Numbered from the stretch's first letter, positions 16,823 to 25,711 are shown. The stretch is DNA of 32,352 nt from Pseudomonadota bacterium (GCA_918234285.1 CAKJXZ020000019.1:1-32352), one strand, 5' to 3'. The notes: generated from the letters alone by a model not told the origin. Program-made: numbers and translations.

Positions 16823-18924
16823 ACGACATCCTTTATCCGAACATCTGTAAGATAAGAATAAATAAAGCCTTCGGTCGCCCGCGCCATCTTCTTCAAACGC
16901 CGCAAACGATTTGCGGCATAAGCCGGAATTTCTTTAATCATATCTTCCGCAGTCACTCCCGTCAGCTTGCCGTAAAAAGCCAAAAGCTTGGCGATAAGCC
17001 TTGTTAAATCAGATTTTTGATACAAAATTTTTTCCGCCAACTTAGCCGGTGACAGCTTGTTTTCCGCATAGATAATTCCAACCATCAGCACAAAATTCAA
17101 AATATCGAATAGCTGATTTTCATTCTTTTGAAAATCTTCCCAATCCACAAAAACCAACTCACCGTTTTTCTTCACGATAACCTGCCACGGATCTATATCT
17201 CCGTGCACATATCCCATCGGCTCGATTGCATCAATACGAGACGATTTATGAAATTCGGCCAAACATTCTACGGATTTAAGCAAAAACTCCTCGGCAGCGG
17301 CCGGATTTTGACGCATCAGTGACGACAACAGCATCCCTTCCTCGTATTTTTGAATAACGTATTTGGAATTACACTTACCGCACACTTCCGGTACAAATGC
17401 GAATTTCTTCAGCAAAGACAGCGCCTCATATTCGGTTTTGGCAAATGAATCCCGTCTGGTTTTTGCCGCTTTTATAAAATAATCATACTTTGTCGGCGCA
17501 TTTTTATTCAGCTTCAAATCCACAAAACAACGCTGATAATTTTCCTTGGCGATTCCTTTGTTATAGCGTAAATGAGCTTCCCAAACCTCCGGCTTCACTC
17601 CCAAATCGGATACGGCCTCTTTCAAAATTTTACGAATTGCCGATTGCGGCCATCTGTTGGCAAACTCCACCAACTGCACGGTTTTTCCGCAGGATTCGCA
17701 CTTGGCGGTCCATCCGTCTTTAACATACATACTGCCGTGACAATTATCACAGCTGAATTCCTCTATAACAGAGAAAGTTTCCGGCATGGTTTGAGTACGA
17801 ATTTTGCGCGAAAGAACATGCGAAACACCGTTTTTGGCAGCAAAAGAATCATACATTTTCATAACGGCCGCAGTATCTTCCGCACCGCCTATCATCGGTG
17901 CCGTGCGGTTTTTCACGCAGTCAACAAATGCCGCTAATTCGTTAATATAGCCGTAAAGTGCGTGCGAATGCAAACTGAGAGCCCCCAAAGGCCTCCGCAA
18001 ATTCGGGTTCCAAACGTGAGAATGCGTACCATCGGCTCGCACAAACGAAAAATCCCGTCCGTAAGAACCCGGATTCCCCGGCTCGTGCAAAACCACTTCT
18101 TCGGCATTTTTCAATTCAATAAGCGTGCCGTTGTCAATCTTATCGGAATTGCCGACAATTCGCATATATTCAGCCGGTCCGGTAATGCTTATGCCACCCA
18201 AAATCCGCACAACTCCGGTCAGGCCGTTTTTATATTCCAACACGGCGACGGCATCATTTTCGCCACCGCGATAAGTCGTCATCTTATACGGGCAACCGAA
18301 CAAAAACTGAATCTGCGATAAAATATGGACGATATCATCCAAAAATCTCCGCGCATTCACATCCGTCAAATCGCGGACATCCGACGGAAAACTGACCGCA
18401 TAAGACACATCGAAAGATTGCGGCGCTCCAAATTTTGGGGTACTGATTAACTTTTTAACCTGTTGCAATGCCGGCGCAAACATCATTTTAAATCCGGTCT
18501 GAAAGAAGGTATTGCCTTTTTTTGCCGCCGCCGTCAATAAACCGAGTTGCTGATACGACGCGGCCGGAGGTTTTTCCAACCAAACAGGAATTCCCTTTTC
18601 CAAAAACTGCGGAATAATATCCGGATACAGCGGATTTCCGGTTTCCGGCGAAAAGCCGATAATCACCAGCAAAGCATCGTATTTTTCCGGAAAAGCCTTA
18701 AGCAGTTCGTCGGTCGAGCTGCACCAGTTTGCCACACCGTGATACTTGGCAAACAACTCCGCCTTTTCCGCGTTTTTATCGCAAAAGACGGTCAGCACCG
18801 CGTCCGGAATATAACGTATTGAAGGCAAAATATTGCGATACACATGACTGCCGCAACCCAAAACGGCCAGCCGCACCGGCTTTTCCACCTCGATAATTTC
18901 TCCTTCGATACCCAGCAATTTCAT
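16804..18924 (-). CDS. Gfo/Idh/MocA oxidoreductase fused to a Zn ribbon and an APH/choline-kinase-like phosphotransferase
   Basis: LAVLGCG, WLEKP, DDIVH; CDNC...CESC; HGDIDPWQV and FVDWE. Confidence 0.85.
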   Translation of the reverse strand: MKLLGIEGEIIEVEKPVRLAVLGCGSHVYRNILPSIRYIPDAVLTVFCDKNAEKAELFAKYHGVANWCSSTDELLKAFPEKYDALLVIIGFSPETGNPLYPDIIPQFLEKGIPVWLEKPPAASYQQLGLLTAAAKKGNTFFQTGFKMMFAPALQQVKKLISTPKFGAPQSFDVSYAVSFPSDVRDLTDVNARRFLDDIVHILSQIQFLFGCPYKMTTYRGGENDAVAVLEYKNGLTGVVRILGGISITGPAEYMRIVGNSDKIDNGTLIELKNAEEVVLHEPGNPGSYGRDFSFVRADGTHSHVWNPNLRRPLGALSLHSHALYGYINELAAFVDCVKNRTAPMIGGAEDTAAVMKMYDSFAAKNGVSHVLSRKIRTQTMPETFSVIEEFSCDNCHGSMYVKDGWTAKCESCGKTVQLVEFANRWPQSAIRKILKEAVSDLGVKPEVWEAHLRYNKGIAKENYQRCFVDLKLNKNAPTKYDYFIKAAKTRRDSFAKTEYEALSLLKKFAFVPEVCGKCNSKYVIQKYEEGMLLSSLMRQNPAAAEEFLLKSVECLAEFHKSSRIDAIEPMGYVHGDIDPWQVIVKKNGELVFVDWEDFQKNENQLFDILNFVLMVGIIYAENKLSPAKLAEKILYQKSDLTRLIAKLLAFYGKLTGVTAEDMIKEIPAYAANRLRRLKKMARATEGFIYSYLTDVRIKDVVWKKIK

Positions 18925-20186
18925 TAAAGTAACCTTTCCATATCTGCCGTTATTTCATCAATCCGTGCCGCCGGAAAAGAAAAACAGCGTTCAAAATACA
19001 ATCTTTGCTTCTCTGCCAAACTTTTGCGATATGCCTTGCCGGCAATATCCGCCAAAATTCGGCCGTATCTATGCTTCAATGCCGTAAAAACCGCGCCGTT
19101 TTCGTCATGCAAAATATCGGCAATATGCTCATAAAGCACCGTAATATCACTTTCTTTCATCCCCTTCAGATGCCTAATAAACGGTGTCAGCATCTGCCCC
19201 GGAAAAATCTCCTCCGGATTTTCGACATGTCCGGTGAGTGCGCGATAATTCGGCCAATGTCCGTCGTGCTGTTCCGGCAAAAATATCAGCGGTTTGTCAT
19301 AAGCCCGACTTTCATAAAAAGTAGTCAGCGACGGTGGCGCAATTACTGCTGAAGCGGAACTGATTGTTTCGTAATAATCATGATAATTCAAATGTTTGCA
19401 CAGTACCGACGGGAAACCGGTTTGCTTAATAATCTCCGCCAGATTTTTCATCACAAACGGGTGTCCGATAATCAGCAGACGATTTTCTTCTTTTTGCAAA
19501 AATTCACCAAATCCGTCTTTGGTAACCCCGAGAATCAATTTGCAATAATCCAACACGTTTTCCGGTTTGACAATCGGATTAAATTGCCCGCAAAAACTCA
19601 GCACTGCCGTATTGTTATCCGATTTTTTCGCCGCGGCAAATGAGGCATCGACAATCGGCGCCACAATCTTTTTATGCGGAATATATTCAATATTGCGCGA
19701 GGCTTTTTCTTCGTCAAAACACGCCTGCAAATACGAAATCAGAGCATATTTATGAGCCAAATACTGTTGCTCGTGCGGGTGCGTATTTTTCCCGATATAA
19801 GCCAAATCTTCCAATGTTTGCACCGGCAGATTATCCAAAAAATCAATCCGGTCCGGACGCCAATCCCAAAACCAATACAGGCTGTCAATCAAAACCACCG
19901 GCACCTTGTAAATATGCGCCGTCAGCACAATTTTCGGTTCCATCACGGAAACCACCGCATCATAATACTTATCGCTTATACGCTGCTCAATCATACCGCG
20001 TTGCCGATTATCGTAAACATTTTGAAAGATATTTCTCCGCGTGTTGGCCAGCTCGTAAGCCGTTCCGGTGCCGATAAAATCTATCGCGATATGCGGGTTA
20101 TCCCGCCGCAACAACGAAGCTACAACCGCCCCCTTTGCCGCCGGACCGAACCCGAAACCTTGTGCCGAAACCAGAACTCTTTGCAT
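18924..20186 (-). CDS. GT-B glycosyltransferase resembling CGA-synthase-related proteins
   Basis: N-terminal VLVSAQGFGFGPAAK, VVSVMEP, IDSLYWFWDW, APPSLTTFYE...PLIFLPEQH; TAATG coupling to the next gene. Confidence 0.65.
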   Translation of the reverse strand: MQRVLVSAQGFGFGPAAKGAVVASLLRRDNPHIAIDFIGTGTAYELANTRRNIFQNVYDNRQRGMIEQRISDKYYDAVVSVMEPKIVLTAHIYKVPVVLIDSLYWFWDWRPDRIDFLDNLPVQTLEDLAYIGKNTHPHEQQYLAHKYALISYLQACFDEEKASRNIEYIPHKKIVAPIVDASFAAAKKSDNNTAVLSFCGQFNPIVKPENVLDYCKLILGVTKDGFGEFLQKEENRLLIIGHPFVMKNLAEIIKQTGFPSVLCKHLNYHDYYETISSASAVIAPPSLTTFYESRAYDKPLIFLPEQHDGHWPNYRALTGHVENPEEIFPGQMLTPFIRHLKGMKESDITVLYEHIADILHDENGAVFTALKHRYGRILADIAGKAYRKSLAEKQRLYFERCFSFPAARIDEITADMERLL

Positions 20187-20190
20187 TCCC

Positions 20191-20847
20191 CTACCTTTTT
20201 CTTAAAGCAGTAAACCAAAATTTTTGCGGCACGTCTTCTTTGCCGGCCACCGGTATATTGTCAAACACATACATTTCCTCAACATAAAAATCCGTCAAAA
20301 ATGTGTTCAATATATCATCGGAAGTCAGCCTTATCGGCCCGTTACCGGAAGTTGACGGCGGCATCAAATAAGAAAAACCGCGCATAAAATAGCGACCGCC
20401 GCTTTTCAGGCAATATTTCACAGCATTTTTGTATGCTTGACGATCTTGCGGCAAAATATGATGAAAACACCCTTGGTCCGTAACAATATCAAATGCGCCC
20501 GCAAATTCTTTCAGTTGCTCGATTTCCAAAAAATTCTGCACTCTGAAATCAACCTTGGTATCCAGGAGGGCCGCATATTTTTCGGCCTTAGCGATAATGG
20601 CCGGGTCGGCATCGATTGCCGCCACCCGGTGTCCGTGCCTGGCCATAAAAACCGCCTCGGTACCGAAACCGCACCCGACATCCAAAATACTCATGCCGGC
20701 CGGAATTTGCTTATTGATAATCTTTTTCAATATTTCAATCCCCACCGCACCGGTTACCCACGGAACATTCTCGAGAGTCGCCTTATCGTGATACACTTCG
20801 TTAAAGTATTGCTTTACCGTCCCTTTATCTGTATGTATATCCGCCAT
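20191..20847 (-). CDS. Class I SAM-dependent methyltransferase
   Basis: ILDVGCGFG, AAID, FDIVTDQGCFHHI, LKSGG. Confidence 0.92.
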   Translation of the reverse strand: MADIHTDKGTVKQYFNEVYHDKATLENVPWVTGAVGIEILKKIINKQIPAGMSILDVGCGFGTEAVFMARHGHRVAAIDADPAIIAKAEKYAALLDTKVDFRVQNFLEIEQLKEFAGAFDIVTDQGCFHHILPQDRQAYKNAVKYCLKSGGRYFMRGFSYLMPPSTSGNGPIRLTSDDILNTFLTDFYVEEMYVFDNIPVAGKEDVPQKFWFTALRKR

Positions 20848-20850
20848 ATT

Positions 20851-22071
20851 CTATCCTTTATTTTTGATTAATTGCGAGAAATAGGTATCTTTTTTAACCA
20901 TCGCCGGCAATCCGCACCGCCCGACCAGACAATCCGGAATTTTTAATGTTCCGTCCTCCTGATACATACATTCGAGCAAAGCGGCAAAAACGCGCGGAAT
21001 AGCAAAGCCCGGGGTATTATAGGTGTGTACGTATTTTTTCTCTCCTTCAGGTGTAAGATAAGTTGCGTTAAGGCTGCACGCCTGAAACGTGGCGCGATAG
21101 CTCAAGCTCGAAATCTCCAGCCATTTTTTAAGCCCCGGCGCATAAATTTCGTAGTCGCACGTAAATGAGCCGGCTTGCCCCATATCGCCGGTGCAGAGCA
21201 ACAATTTTCGCCACATAAAGCCCAATTTTTCCAGCAAATTCTCCAACATGGCCGACAAGCTGTCCAACACTTCTTCCCACTGGTCTTCCCGACAAACGGT
21301 AAACGATTCCACTTTGCCGAATTCGTGCAAATTGGTATATAAGTCAATTTCCCGTCCTCTCTCAACACGGAAAGATCTGGCAAAACCGACAACTTTCATC
21401 GGCAACTCATCGTATTCAAACTTGCGATTTCTGATTAAGCTTGTTTCCTGCATCTCGATTGTCGGGTTCAAATACAAAGATGTACCTTCGATTTTATAAA
21501 CGTTATGCTGATGTTTCGGAAACGAACCGGCCATAAAAAACGTGCGTTCGTGCGTCAAAATCGGCATTGATATTTCGTCGTAGCCGTAATCGGCATGATG
21601 GTCAAGCATCAACCCGATGAGCGCTCTTTCCAACTTTGGTCCCACTCCCGACAAAACCGGAAATCCCATTTCGGCGATGGTTTCGTTCATCGCTTTGGAA
21701 AAAATTCCGAACTCGGCACCGATTTGCTCATAATTCTTCTTTGTTTGATATGTTTTCGGAGCAGACTCCTTTAATATGACATTCTGCTCCGAAGAATTCC
21801 CTATCGGGACGATTTTATGTGAAACATTAGGTAAGCTCAAATACAATGCCAACATTTTGCCTACTTCGTCTTGCGGATTATTCACCTCCCGCAGTGTCAT
21901 ATACCGCGCCCGTTCTTCCAGTTCTTCGGTCGGTGGCAGAGGCGTTGTGCTTGCAACCTTTTTATATTGTTCCAGAAAGTTCTTAAACATCTCCAAACCC
22001 TTGCGTGCTTCCATCGCCGCGCACAAACTTTCGTAGTTGGCCGGATTTACCAAATATTCTAAAGAATTCAT
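20851..22071 (-). CDS. serS: Divergent serine--tRNA ligase-like protein (class II aaRS paralog)
   Basis: LPN..VPIG, LERALI, YLNPTIE, FRVE..HEFGKVE, LCTGDMG, EISS, VHTYN; many signature residues substituted and the N-terminal arm is short. Confidence 0.8.
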   Translation of the reverse strand: MNSLEYLVNPANYESLCAAMEARKGLEMFKNFLEQYKKVASTTPLPPTEELEERARYMTLREVNNPQDEVGKMLALYLSLPNVSHKIVPIGNSSEQNVILKESAPKTYQTKKNYEQIGAEFGIFSKAMNETIAEMGFPVLSGVGPKLERALIGLMLDHHADYGYDEISMPILTHERTFFMAGSFPKHQHNVYKIEGTSLYLNPTIEMQETSLIRNRKFEYDELPMKVVGFARSFRVERGREIDLYTNLHEFGKVESFTVCREDQWEEVLDSLSAMLENLLEKLGFMWRKLLLCTGDMGQAGSFTCDYEIYAPGLKKWLEISSLSYRATFQACSLNATYLTPEGEKKYVHTYNTPGFAIPRVFAALLECMYQEDGTLKIPDCLVGRCGLPAMVKKDTYFSQLIKNKG

Positions 22072-22118
22072 CTTTGATTATACCCTTTCTTGAAAGAAAT
22101 TATGTTAATCATGGTTGC

Positions 22119-22148
22119 AATATACACCACGGTATAAAATACTGTCAA
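22119..22148 (-). promoter_or_regulatory. Putative promoter of the biosynthetic operon
   Basis: TTGACA(22148-22143)-18 bp-TATATT(22124-22119); TATAC-N6-GTATA dyad overlapping the -10 box and spacer. Confidence 0.6.
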
Positions 22149-22280
22149 TACGTTACAAACATTTCGGTAAATAAAAAAATAATTTTCCGCCTATAAGATG
22201 ATTATTTCGGCGGTATCCCGAATAATATGCTTAAAAGATTGTCCTTCGCTAGAGCTCACGACCTGTGTCGCCTTTCAGCT

Positions 22281-22589
22281 TTCGCTGACCGGCATACTTC
22301 CGTCTGCCGGCGGCTCCTTGTCGAACGCTCTTTTCCGAGCGTTCTAATCCTCTGCCCCACTAAAAACAGCAAAACCGCCCAAACGGGCGGCTTGCTGTTT
22401 TTGGCAGGGGCAGAACGATTGTTTCGATCCGCTCCTCCTTCGCTCTCATCGCTTCGCGACCGGCGCGCTTCCGCTAGCCTTTCGTTTGGCGTCGAACGCT
22501 CTTCCCGCGTTCTAATCCTCTGCCCTACTCAAAAACACCAAAACCGCCCAAACGGGCGGTTTGTCGTTTTTGGCAGGGGCAGAACGATT
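22281..22589. repeat. Two ~170-bp imperfect tandem units with direct and inverted copies of the tRNA-Trp 3' end around a terminator hairpin
   Basis: GTCGAACGCTC at 22320 and 22491; TGGCAGGGGCAGAACGATT at 22402 and 22571; AACCGCCCAAACGGGCGG at 22373 and 22542. Confidence 0.85.
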
Positions 22590-22646
22590 CGAACGCTCGA
22601 CACTTGGTTTTGGAGACCAATGCTCTACCAACTGAGCTATACCCCT
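22571..22646 (-). tRNA. tRNA-Trp (CCA)
   Basis: 76 nt AGGGGTATAGCTCAGTTGGTAGAGC ATTGGTCT-CCA-AAACCAAG...TTCGAAT...GCCCCTGCCA; folds as a cloverleaf with encoded CCA end. Confidence 0.97.
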
Positions 22647-22732
22647 ATCATTTCGGAATTGCTTATAAAACATTTCGTTTTATAAATCAAGCACTTTTTT
22701 CTTTCTTTCGCACATTTATTTTTCTACACGTT

Positions 22733-23866
22733 TTATAAAAACGGCTCCGGATAAATAACACCGCCGTCTTTAATCAGCTTTCCGTGTTCGCGTTTGATTT
22801 TATATTCGGATTCGGCGCCGACGTTGCGCTCGAAAATCGCACCATAATTGCCGACAATTGCCACCGCCTGATCCAGCCATTTCGGAAACAGCCCGAGACC
22901 GCTCCACAGCTGCGGATTATCGCCCATCAAATTGCGAATTTCCGGATTGTTGTGTCCGCGGAAAAAGTTCAAATTTTTAGCATTCATTCCGTACTGTTCC
23001 GCCAGTTGCAACCCGTTAATAACCCACTTTACGGCCAAACCGAAATCGTTATTGCCGCGTGCCACCGACGCCATCACCGGAGCCACCGAAATCGGTTCCG
23101 GAAAGATTTTGAAATTGCTTTTCGCCATCGCCTGCTTCATACCGCTGAGATAAACCGCACCGGCGGTCGCCATATCGCAACGCTTGAGCAAAAATCCTTC
23201 GCGCATAGCTTTTACCGTCGGAAACGGCAGAGTTTTTGCCTCTAAATTGTGTTCGTTATTAAATGCTTCAAAGTTACGCGAATAATCGGTTCCCTCGGCC
23301 ACACAAATTTTTTTGCCGATAAAATCTTCATCTTCTTCCCCGTCTTTTTCCGACATCATCAGCATTTGCGGTTCATAATACAACACCCCGACCGGCATAA
23401 TGTTTTTGCTTATTTCGGAGCGAGCCGATACCGAAGCGCCGCTGAGCATAACATCTATCCGACCGGAATTGAGTGCACGCGATACTTCCCCGGCTTCCAC
23501 ATTAACCATTTCGATATGGTCGGCATCGCCTACCACCGCCAAGGCAATTGCTTTGCAAAAATCGGCATCAATTCCTTGCCACATGTCATCTTCGCGATAG
23601 GCAAAGCATTTTAATTGCAAATTCGTACCGCAACGGATTCGGTCGCGTTGTTTTATCCGCCGTAAGGTTGATATCCCTTGCGCCTCTTGCTGTGCCTTTT
23701 GTATAACGATAAGTTCTTCCTGTTCCGCTCGTTTTTCCTTATCTTCCGGATGAACCGCCGGTTGCACCACCGGTCTGACCTGAGCCCCCGACAGCACTTT
23801 TTGCGCTTGAGCTTCAAAACCGGTCAATCCGGCTAAAACGATAAATAAACTAAAAAACACTTTCAT
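22733..23866 (-). CDS. aapJ: General L-amino acid ABC transporter substrate-binding protein (AapJ/BztA-like)
   Basis: GIDADFCKAIA, ALNSGRIDVML, VKWVINGLQLAEQYG, VGNYGAIFERNVG. Confidence 0.85.
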   Translation of the reverse strand: MKVFFSLFIVLAGLTGFEAQAQKVLSGAQVRPVVQPAVHPEDKEKRAEQEELIVIQKAQQEAQGISTLRRIKQRDRIRCGTNLQLKCFAYREDDMWQGIDADFCKAIALAVVGDADHIEMVNVEAGEVSRALNSGRIDVMLSGASVSARSEISKNIMPVGVLYYEPQMLMMSEKDGEEDEDFIGKKICVAEGTDYSRNFEAFNNEHNLEAKTLPFPTVKAMREGFLLKRCDMATAGAVYLSGMKQAMAKSNFKIFPEPISVAPVMASVARGNNDFGLAVKWVINGLQLAEQYGMNAKNLNFFRGHNNPEIRNLMGDNPQLWSGLGLFPKWLDQAVAIVGNYGAIFERNVGAESEYKIKREHGKLIKDGGVIYPEPFL

Positions 23867-23922
23867 TTTTTTTCCAGTATGCTAAAATGGTTTTGTACGA
23901 TGATAACTCCAGAGGTTTTAAA

Positions 23923-24597
23923 ATGAAGTTAAAACACTGTTTATATTTAATGCTTTTTTTGTTCGGCACATTGTTTCTGCCGACAATCGTCTGTGCCGCG
24001 GAAAATTTTACTTCCGACGAAGCTAAGGCTTGGGCCGATGACAAAGGCCGCGAAGTTTTGGAAATTCTGACTTCGGAAAATTCGGCGGAAAAATATCAAA
24101 AACTCGATGAAATTTTGCAAAACGATATTGATATGGACCATGCCGCCCGCTTTGTTATCGGTAAATATTGGAAACAAATGACAGACGAACAACGCACCGC
24201 TTACCTCGATATTTTTCAAAAGTACACTTCTGCCCTATATAAGAGCTATCCGCTCGACATCAAAAAGGGAGCCGTTACTTATGCCATCGATAAAGTTTTG
24301 GCCGACAAACAACTGCAAAACGTGTATTGCACGGTATATGTCAAGGCAATCGAAAATAATGTTGATGATGCATCTAAAGGCGGAATTCATGTTATTTTTT
24401 CGCTGGTCAAAAACGACGGCAAAATCCGAGTACGCGATTTAAAAGTCACCGAAACCAGCTTCTTACTGGCCTATCGCGAGCGCTTTTATAAAATGTTGCA
24501 CGAAGACGATGATGACGATATAGATTGGTTTCTGGAAGATTTAAGGCAAATCACTGCCGATTTGGAAAAAGAAAACGCCGCGGCCAAAGTTCGCTAA
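23923..24597 (+). CDS. mlaC: MlaC/Ttg2D-like phospholipid-binding periplasmic protein
   Basis: Signal peptide; IDMDHAARFVIGKYWKQMTDEQR and RDLKVTETSFLLAYRERF; ATG at 23923 after AGAGG. Confidence 0.75.
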   Translation: MKLKHCLYLMLFLFGTLFLPTIVCAAENFTSDEAKAWADDKGREVLEILTSENSAEKYQKLDEILQNDIDMDHAARFVIGKYWKQMTDEQRTAYLDIFQKYTSALYKSYPLDIKKGAVTYAIDKVLADKQLQNVYCTVYVKAIENNVDDASKGGIHVIFSLVKNDGKIRVRDLKVTETSFLLAYRERFYKMLHEDDDDDIDWFLEDLRQITADLEKENAAAKVR

Positions 24598-24604
24598 CCG
24601 TCCG

Positions 24605-25711
24605 CTATTCCGGCAGGTTGTTCTTTGCTTTGATTTTATCAAATATCAATTTGGCGGCCGGGCTCAAGCCGTTGTCTTGCGGTGCTCTGTCCGCTTCAAC
24701 ATTGCCGCCGGAAACTCGTTGCCGCAGCTGTGCCATCTTATTTTCCAGCGCCTTATTGCTGAAAAACAGCGGTTCTTCATTAAACGAAACCTTATGCTCG
24801 CCATAGGTTACGGTTTTGGCGCCGGAAATTTTTTCATCAGTCCCGAAATTGCTGTGCATTTTGCTGATTTTGACATTATCCAGTGCCACTTCTCCGCAAT
24901 ACTTCAAAGCAATATTCTGCGTATGCAAAACTCTGCCGTTTATCGCAACTTCACGCTCGTTTTTGGCCACCGCTTTAAGCAATACATCATAATTTTCACG
25001 AAATTCCGGATTGCAGCGGCAAAAATAATCATTGATGCTCTGTGTTAATTCCGAATCTTCGGCTCGCGTGGTTTCCATATATTTTTTCTTTTCGTTGCCG
25101 GCGCCGTCGCTCATCAGCAAAACCGGACAATGTTTTTCTTCGTCCCAGGATATTCCATTATAGCTGTTGCCGGCAGCATCTTTGAAAGTAAAACTTTCAT
25201 CGTTGAAAACATGCTTTTGCGCTTCCCAAAAATCGAGCCAAATCGAGCGATCGCGTCCGCGATTTTTGTTGGGATGCTGTTCATTATCCAGCTGAAAGTC
25301 CGGATATTTAACCGCATCTGCCTGAATCGTAATTTCTACTTTTAAGGCATTACCGTCTTTTAAGGTCGTATCCAGCCCGAAAGTTTTTTTGGCCCACTCG
25401 GCATCGGCGCCGATAGCCCAACCGGCAAAACATTTATTTGCCTGTTCTTCATTGGTCCAGCAGTAAAAACCGGAAGATTGCCCGCCGTAACCGGTACCGC
25501 CGGCCGCCTTAATTCCTTGCTCAAACGACCGTGCTCTCTCCTCCGATGCATCACGGGAGATATGATAAAAGTGAAATTCCTCTTTTTCGCCGAAAATCGC
25601 CGCCAATATTTTATCCTTAACACCGGCGTTATCCGGATTAAGCAAACGCCCGTACTGGTCGAACTTCTCCTCGGCCGACAGAATATTTTCCGGTGTTTTT
25701 TCTTCGCTCAT
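24605..25711 (-). CDS. Hypothetical protein, possible ADP-ribosyltransferase-like N-terminal domain
   Basis: ATG at 25711 with AGGGAG; FYHIS...FEQGI...G.G...GFYCWT...A pattern. Confidence 0.7.
   Translation of the reverse strand: MSEEKTPENILSAEEKFDQYGRLLNPDNAGVKDKILAAIFGEKEEFHFYHISRDASEERARSFEQGIKAAGGTGYGGQSSGFYCWTNEEQANKCFAGWAIGADAEWAKKTFGLDTTLKDGNALKVEITIQADAVKYPDFQLDNEQHPNKNRGRDRSIWLDFWEAQKHVFNDESFTFKDAAGNSYNGISWDEEKHCPVLLMSDGAGNEKKKYMETTRAEDSELTQSINDYFCRCNPEFRENYDVLLKAVAKNEREVAINGRVLHTQNIALKYCGEVALDNVKISKMHSNFGTDEKISGAKTVTYGEHKVSFNEEPLFFSNKALENKMAQLRQRVSGGNVEADRAPQDNGLSPAAKLIFDKIKAKNNLPE

Noticed and set aside
22402-22420. tRNA 3' duplicate as the att site of a large prophage
   Set aside because: Only 169 bp from the tRNA with no integrase between; treated as part of the repeat unit.
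22227-22685. 152-aa plus-strand ORF
   Set aside because: Antisense to tRNA-Trp and its repeats; not protein-like.
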